From the NCBI GenBank assembly GCA_045104955.1, contig JBGCDB010000041.1, forward strand, positions 8,000 to 71,999: 64,000 nucleotides of DNA, given 5' to 3'. The translations under genes were made by a program, and so were the position numbers. The stretch comes from Roseobacter sp. GTDB taxonomy: Bacteria > Pseudomonadota > Alphaproteobacteria > Rhodobacterales > Rhodobacteraceae. The notes beneath the pieces are model-generated. The model searched no databases and had not been told where the DNA came from. It saw only the letters and a program-made list of their open reading frames with translations. This document shows positions 59,329-64,000 of the stretch, one piece after another (the first letter of the stretch is position 1; the number at the start of each line of letters is the position of its first letter).

Positions 59329-59805
59329 TGGGAGATCAACAAGCCCGGTGTTAAGCTATCTTCAGGCAAGGGCGTTGCCGAAGCGATAGGATGTCTTCCG
59401 TGTTTTGCGGAGCCGGCGTAGATGTGTCGCAGCGCAAATAGGGGATGTGACCTTTTCCGGGAGCAAACCTCGGATTTGTTCTCTTTAGATGCAATCCATT
59501 CGAGCGACAGCAAACTCCCGAACGTGTTAGGCATCCTTCGAAAAGCCCGCAAAGCGTTGGTTTGTTAGTAAAACACGATGGCCGGTTTGTCCGCGTCATA
59601 CCAATTCGTGCATGACGCAGCGCACGACCGGTTTTAATTTGCGACATAGAAGTAAGCAGCGACTATTCAGAAACCGCTAAAATTTTAGTAAAATCCGCAC
59701 AGCCGTTGATGGCGCCAAATCAACCGCTGTACACAGTTTTGTCCGCACCGATTTGTAACGTTAGCAAGCTGTTGAAATCGAACGCGGCTTTTCGGTGTGT
59801 GCTTG

Positions 59806-59849
59806 TTGCAAATCTGTGTACAGGAGTTTGGTTCTCCTACTCGCCTCCA
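59806..59849 (+). repeat. Degenerate second copy of the tRNA-Cys 3' half (distal att)
   Basis: TTGCAAATCTGTGTACAGGAGTTTGGTTCTCCTACTCGCCTCCA has the same 44-nt length and the same ends as 49712-49755. Confidence 0.85.
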
Positions 59850-60124
59850 TATAATCAATTCGCTTCACTACGTGGTTTGAAACGTTTGGGAGCTGGTCCG
59901 CAAATCGATCAGGCTTCAATTCGCGGCAGAGTACCGTCGTAGCGTTTGGTTTCCGGTCGGACGCCTGAGTGCGTTGTCTGGTTTTTTAGTTCTTTAGCTA
60001 GGCAAGCAATTTGCCATGAGCGGGTGGATAGCCGGATCGTCAATGGACCACGCAAATCTCTATACCAAACGAAGGTGAACTCGTCTTCTTTATCGCGGTG
60101 CTGCGACTATGGCGACCCGGACAA

Positions 60125-60341
60125 GGGTTAGACGCGATATACCCGCAAGCATTAATGCACCCAAAGCCGCCGCCCCAGTCGCCGGAGCGCACAGTTCGTT
60201 AAGCAAACTGGCGCGCGGTCACACGCGGATGCTATAGCTGGTTTAAAACGCGTACGGCGGGGCCAAAATTACCGCACCAACGCCAAGGGCCGAAAGCCCC
60301 GAGATGCCCAAAGCCATTTTTTCCAGACGCATAAGTGGCAT
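60125..60341 (-). pseudogene. Decayed membrane-protein gene (DUF4345-like)
   Basis: MPLMRLEKMALGISGLSALGVGAVILAPPYAF*TSYSIRV*PRASLLNELCAPATGAAALGALMLAGISRL: two in-frame stops, then coding signal is lost. Family assignment is from recall. Confidence 0.55.
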
Positions 60342-60369
60342 CGGATGCGCGGTGGTGCGACTAGGAATA

Positions 60370-61197
60370 TCATACTGCACTGCGCCACACCCTTTTGGCT
60401 GCCGCAGCGGTCGCGTAGTCAGTAAAGTCGCGTGCCTTTCGACCCAAAGCACGCTCGACGCCGTCGCTGATATACGCGTTGCGCCCATCTAACGTTTCCC
60501 GTGCAATTCCGGTGAAAATATCCGCCACGAGCGTGCCACCTGATTTTGCCACTTCAGCATGAAATTCTTCGTAAGTGATCGGGACGTGTCGTATCTGACG
60601 CCCCGTTGCATCGCTTAAAGCCGCGGCCATGTCGGCGAATGTCAGCAGCCGGGGCCCTGTCACTTCGTAAAGTGCACCTTGGTGACCGTCTTCGGTCAAG
60701 GCAGCAACCGCCACGTCGGCGACGTCGTCCACGTCGATGATGGGCTCGGCAATGTCACCGCCCGGCATCGGCAGTATACCTGCCAAGATCGGATTGCGCA
60801 GATACCCCTCGCTGAAATTCTGAGCGAACCATGCGGCCCGGACGATGGTAAAGGGAATGCCGGATGCACAGATAACCTCTTCTCCGAGCCGCGCGTGGTG
60901 TTCACCGCGCCCCGACAAAAGAACGATGTGTTGTAACCTACTCGCGGTGGCGGCTTTGGCAAAGGCTTCTAGTTTTTCGATGGCTCCGGGAAACGCAAGG
61001 TCTGGAAAATATGTCATATAGGCCTTGGCGGCTCCGTTTAACGCGGGTGCCCAAGTCATGGGGTCATCCCAATCGAAACGGTAATCTGAACCGCGCGACC
61101 CGCAGCGCACACAAATACCTTTTTGTTCAAGCTTAGTGGCAACGCGCGCACCGGTTTTACCGGTCGCACCGACAACGAGGATAGGTTTAGTCGTCAT
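60370..61197 (-). CDS. NmrA-like NAD(P)-binding protein
   Basis: 'VVGATGKTG', 'WFAQNFSEG' and 'DVDDVADVA'. Confidence 0.88.
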   Translation of the reverse strand: MTTKPILVVGATGKTGARVATKLEQKGICVRCGSRGSDYRFDWDDPMTWAPALNGAAKAYMTYFPDLAFPGAIEKLEAFAKAATASRLQHIVLLSGRGEHHARLGEEVICASGIPFTIVRAAWFAQNFSEGYLRNPILAGILPMPGGDIAEPIIDVDDVADVAVAALTEDGHQGALYEVTGPRLLTFADMAAALSDATGRQIRHVPITYEEFHAEVAKSGGTLVADIFTGIARETLDGRNAYISDGVERALGRKARDFTDYATAAAAKRVWRSAV

Positions 61198-61393
61198 GCC
61201 AAGCTCCCTTGGTTAAAACTTGCAACCCCGTCGTAGCTCGGTTTGACCGTCCAAGTATTGACCTATTTTGCAAAGCATTCGACCCTATGTGCCAAAGCAA
61301 CAGCCCGCGCGTGCAGATGTTCTGTGACATCAGAAAAGAACGCAGATACAGTTCTGCAGTAAGCCCGAATGATCTATCGAAAGCCTTTGCAAA

Positions 61394-62392
61394 ATGGCCT
61401 ATGTGACGTCTCTTTTTGCACGCAAAATGGTGGTAGCCGCCGGTTCCGTTATCGATGCGCGGCAAATGCTGGCCAGCGCGGGTATTGATCATGACGCGCC
61501 CTGGGATCCCAAGGCCATGATCCCAGCCCAGACGTATTACAGTTTGCTCGAAGCGTTAGCGGAACAAGTCGACGTCACACCATTACCACTGCGCGTCGGT
61601 GCATCCATGAGGTGTGATGAATACGGGGCCCTTGGTCTGGCTTGGAAAGCCGCCCCCACGCTTTACGGCTCTTTCACACGCATCGAACGGTATGCCCGCC
61701 TTTGGACGGGCGTTGTCTCCTACGAACTGCGACCAAACCCACGTGGCACCTTGGTCGTATTGCACCGAGAAGGCGTTCGTCGCTTGGGTCTGCGCCTTTC
61801 AAATGAAGCGACATTGGCAAGCGCCGTTTCTCTGAGTAGACAAGTCTGTTCGGAACCCTTTGCTCCGATCGAGGTATTTGTTCAGCACGCCGCCCCGCGG
61901 ACTAAAGCATTTCATGAGGACTGGTTTCGCTGCCCTGTCACATTCAATGCAAGCATCGACGGTCTTTTGATCTCTGAACAAGCGATGGAGCGGCCCAACC
62001 TGCTCGGCGACGAAGGAATTTCGCGCTATCTTATCGGTAACCTCGAAACTGAGCTTGCGGGTTTTCGCCATCTGCCCCCGCTTGTGAGTGATGCCAAGGA
62101 CGCGATTGCTCAGGCCTTAAATGAAGGTGCACCAAAGCTATTGCACATCGCAACCCATTTGGGCTTAAGCAGTCGCTCATTCCACAGACGGCTTTCCGAA
62201 CATGGTCTGACCTTCCAGATGTTGACTGAGCAGACACGCAGAGAGCTTGCAGAGGCTCTATTGCGCGAAGATCAATATTCGCTTGCAGACATCGCATTTT
62301 TGACCGGATTTTCCGAACAAAGCGCGTTTACCCGCGCATTCAAACGGTGGGTTGGCCAGACCCCCGCGAGCTACCGCAAGTCCAGCAAATGA
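61394..62392 (+). CDS. AraC family transcriptional regulator
   Basis: 'IAFLTGFSEQSAFTRAFKRWVGQTP'; divergent from the NmrA-like gene. Confidence 0.92.
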   Translation: MAYVTSLFARKMVVAAGSVIDARQMLASAGIDHDAPWDPKAMIPAQTYYSLLEALAEQVDVTPLPLRVGASMRCDEYGALGLAWKAAPTLYGSFTRIERYARLWTGVVSYELRPNPRGTLVVLHREGVRRLGLRLSNEATLASAVSLSRQVCSEPFAPIEVFVQHAAPRTKAFHEDWFRCPVTFNASIDGLLISEQAMERPNLLGDEGISRYLIGNLETELAGFRHLPPLVSDAKDAIAQALNEGAPKLLHIATHLGLSSRSFHRRLSEHGLTFQMLTEQTRRELAEALLREDQYSLADIAFLTGFSEQSAFTRAFKRWVGQTPASYRKSSK

Positions 62393-62521
62393 ACAGGCGC
62401 GTCATTTAAGTTGCGGGACCGACCGTCGTTTTTCCTATTTTGAGTAAAATGACCGCTAAAAAATGGCTAAACTGAAGGCCGTTTCATACTCAGAATTAAG
62501 CAGTCCTGTCTAACGGTACGT

Positions 62522-63061
62522 ATGGATTCCACCTTTCAAAAGGACACTGTCGTGCATTTACCTTTCGGACACGTTTTATCAATTTTGTTGATCCTCGCGC
62601 CGTTCTCCGCATCTGCCGCTCCGCGCCCAGTTCAACTTGCCCCCATGCAAGAAAGAGCGGCCGAACTGGTCATTGTAGCGGCCGATGGCAAAGAAGCACG
62701 CTACAGCCCTGACACGCTGGAAGAAATGCCAACGTATCAACTAACGACGACAACGCCTTGGCGCGAAAAGCCTGCAAATTTCGAGGGCATTCTGCTTAAG
62801 GATTTGCTGAAGGCGCATGGCTTGCACACGGCATCTGCCATTCGAGTGACTGCAGAAAACGACTTTACGTCGATTATTCAACGTGCCGTCTGGGAAGAGG
62901 TGGAAATCTTGGTCGCAACCCGAGTGAATGGCAAAGCGCATTCCCGCCGCGCCCGCGGGCCAATCCAGTTCGTGATCGACAAAAGCAGCTACGAAAGTTC
63001 AAGCAATGCATTGGAAGAGCATTTGGTTTGGATGGCTGCTCGGATCGAAGCCGTTCAGTAG
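62522..63061 (+). CDS. Periplasmic molybdopterin-oxidoreductase-fold protein
   Basis: Signal-like segment, 'TTTPW...FEGILLKDLL', 'AENDF' and 'NGK..SRRARGP'; start uncertain. Confidence 0.7.
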   Translation: MDSTFQKDTVVHLPFGHVLSILLILAPFSASAAPRPVQLAPMQERAAELVIVAADGKEARYSPDTLEEMPTYQLTTTTPWREKPANFEGILLKDLLKAHGLHTASAIRVTAENDFTSIIQRAVWEEVEILVATRVNGKAHSRRARGPIQFVIDKSSYESSSNALEEHLVWMAARIEAVQ

Positions 63062-63077
63062 GACTATTGAGCCTCAG

Positions 63078-64000
63078 ATGCACAAGGATGCCCCATCCAA
63101 GCTTACACGCTTACGCGATGCCTTAGCGTCGCGGATGGGCGTCGCATTGTCTGTCGCGATGTTGATAGCGACCTGTGCAATAGCCGCAGCTTTTGTTGAA
63201 CGCTCTGTCCAAAGCGTGACCGAAAACCACCGTATCTTTAGTGACACGCAGCTTAGAAACGGTTTTGTGTCTATGAGCGATATCCAAAGGGTTCTTTTGA
63301 TCGCGCAGGAAGCGGCAATTTACGGGACGTTCACCCCGGAAGCAAAACTGAATTTTATTGAGGCCACGGACATCTTATACGTGCGCCGCGATAGCTTCAG
63401 TCGCGCCTTGAAGGCGGACGATATATTGCAATCGGCCGAAGACGCTCTTGCGTCGCTGGAAGAAGTATTTCTGATAGCCGATGATGCAATTTTGTCCGAC
63501 TTTGCAAATCCAACCACTGTCTGGAGTGATCTGTTCCTACCGGCCCAAAACGCACGGCAGAAACTGGTCCTCTTTTTGGATGACATGGGCCATATGCAAA
63601 AAGCGATCCTGCGTCAGCAATCGGCAACGGTGGCCAAGCAACGGCATGTCCTGCTCGCAAGCCTTGGCGGATTGACCTTTGTCGGCATCGCAGCCTTATT
63701 GCTGTTTCAAAGTGAGGTGCGTGCAAGCCGCGCGCGCGCAAAAGCAGAAAAACACGTACAGTTTCTGGCATTCTACGATCAACTCACTGAACTGCCCAAT
63801 CGAGCGCAATTTCAGGCCAGGCTTGGTGAGTTGCTGGACAGCGACGAACCTGTCGGTTTAGCGTTGGTGGATCTGGACGACTTTAAAGCTGTAAACGATA
63901 CCTACGGTCACGCAGCAGGCGACGCTGTATTATGTCATGTCGGCGATCTGCTTGATCAGACCGCGCAACAGTTTAACGGGTTTGCAGCACGATTTGGGGG
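63078..64000 (+). CDS. Membrane-bound GGDEF-domain protein (truncated by the window end)
   Basis: Read manually: two TMs, then 'FLAFYDQLTELPNR', 'VDLDDFKAVNDTYGHAAGD' and 'ARFG' at the edge, all in frame with ATG 63078. Confidence 0.85.
   Translation, partial: MHKDAPSKLTRLRDALASRMGVALSVAMLIATCAIAAAFVERSVQSVTENHRIFSDTQLRNGFVSMSDIQRVLLIAQEAAIYGTFTPEAKLNFIEATDILYVRRDSFSRALKADDILQSAEDALASLEEVFLIADDAILSDFANPTTVWSDLFLPAQNARQKLVLFLDDMGHMQKAILRQQSATVAKQRHVLLASLGGLTFVGIAALLLFQSEVRASRARAKAEKHVQFLAFYDQLTELPNRAQFQARLGELLDSDEPVGLALVDLDDFKAVNDTYGHAAGDAVLCHVGDLLDQTAQQFNGFAARFG

Larger units (their letters stand above)
54971..59849. mobile_element. Genomic island 2 (older, no integrase) in tandem at tRNA-Cys, carrying a TRAP operon
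   Basis: Bounded by the exact att at 54927-54970 and a degenerate att at 59806-59849. Confidence 0.7.

Overview
This is a chromosomal window from a marine Rhodobacteraceae (Roseobacter-group) alphaproteobacterium; the taxon is inferred from gene content and order. Positions 1-49.5 kb are mostly core or housekeeping genes: der-bamB-TPR, an RND efflux pair, atm1, LysM, LOG, rarD, sodB, soxBDAG, ccmI-ruvX, metR/metF, an orphan CoxL-like subunit, valS, an msbA-like gene, ygfZ, efp and pcm-tolC-popZ-like. Accessory inserts here include a membrane-anchored TIR protein and a PhyH-dioxygenase/HD-protein pair. tRNA-Cys(GCA) at 49682-49755 is an integration hotspot with two tandem islands, delimited by 44-bp copies of the tRNA 3' half at 54927-54970 (exact) and 59806-59849 (degenerate, with a different T-stem). 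Island 1 carries a tyrosine integrase, a 54-aa Xis-like ORF missing from the ORF track, a structured non-coding block and small cargo genes. Its 1.87-kb xis-int module appears to have been inverted through a 5-bp AAATG/CATTT junction, which swapped the integrase C-terminus. Island 2 carries a TRAP transporter with orphan LacI-type operators. A premature stop in valS and clustered substitutions in the sodB metal-binding motif suggest local sequence errors. No database searches were run; all family calls come from motifs read in the sequence.
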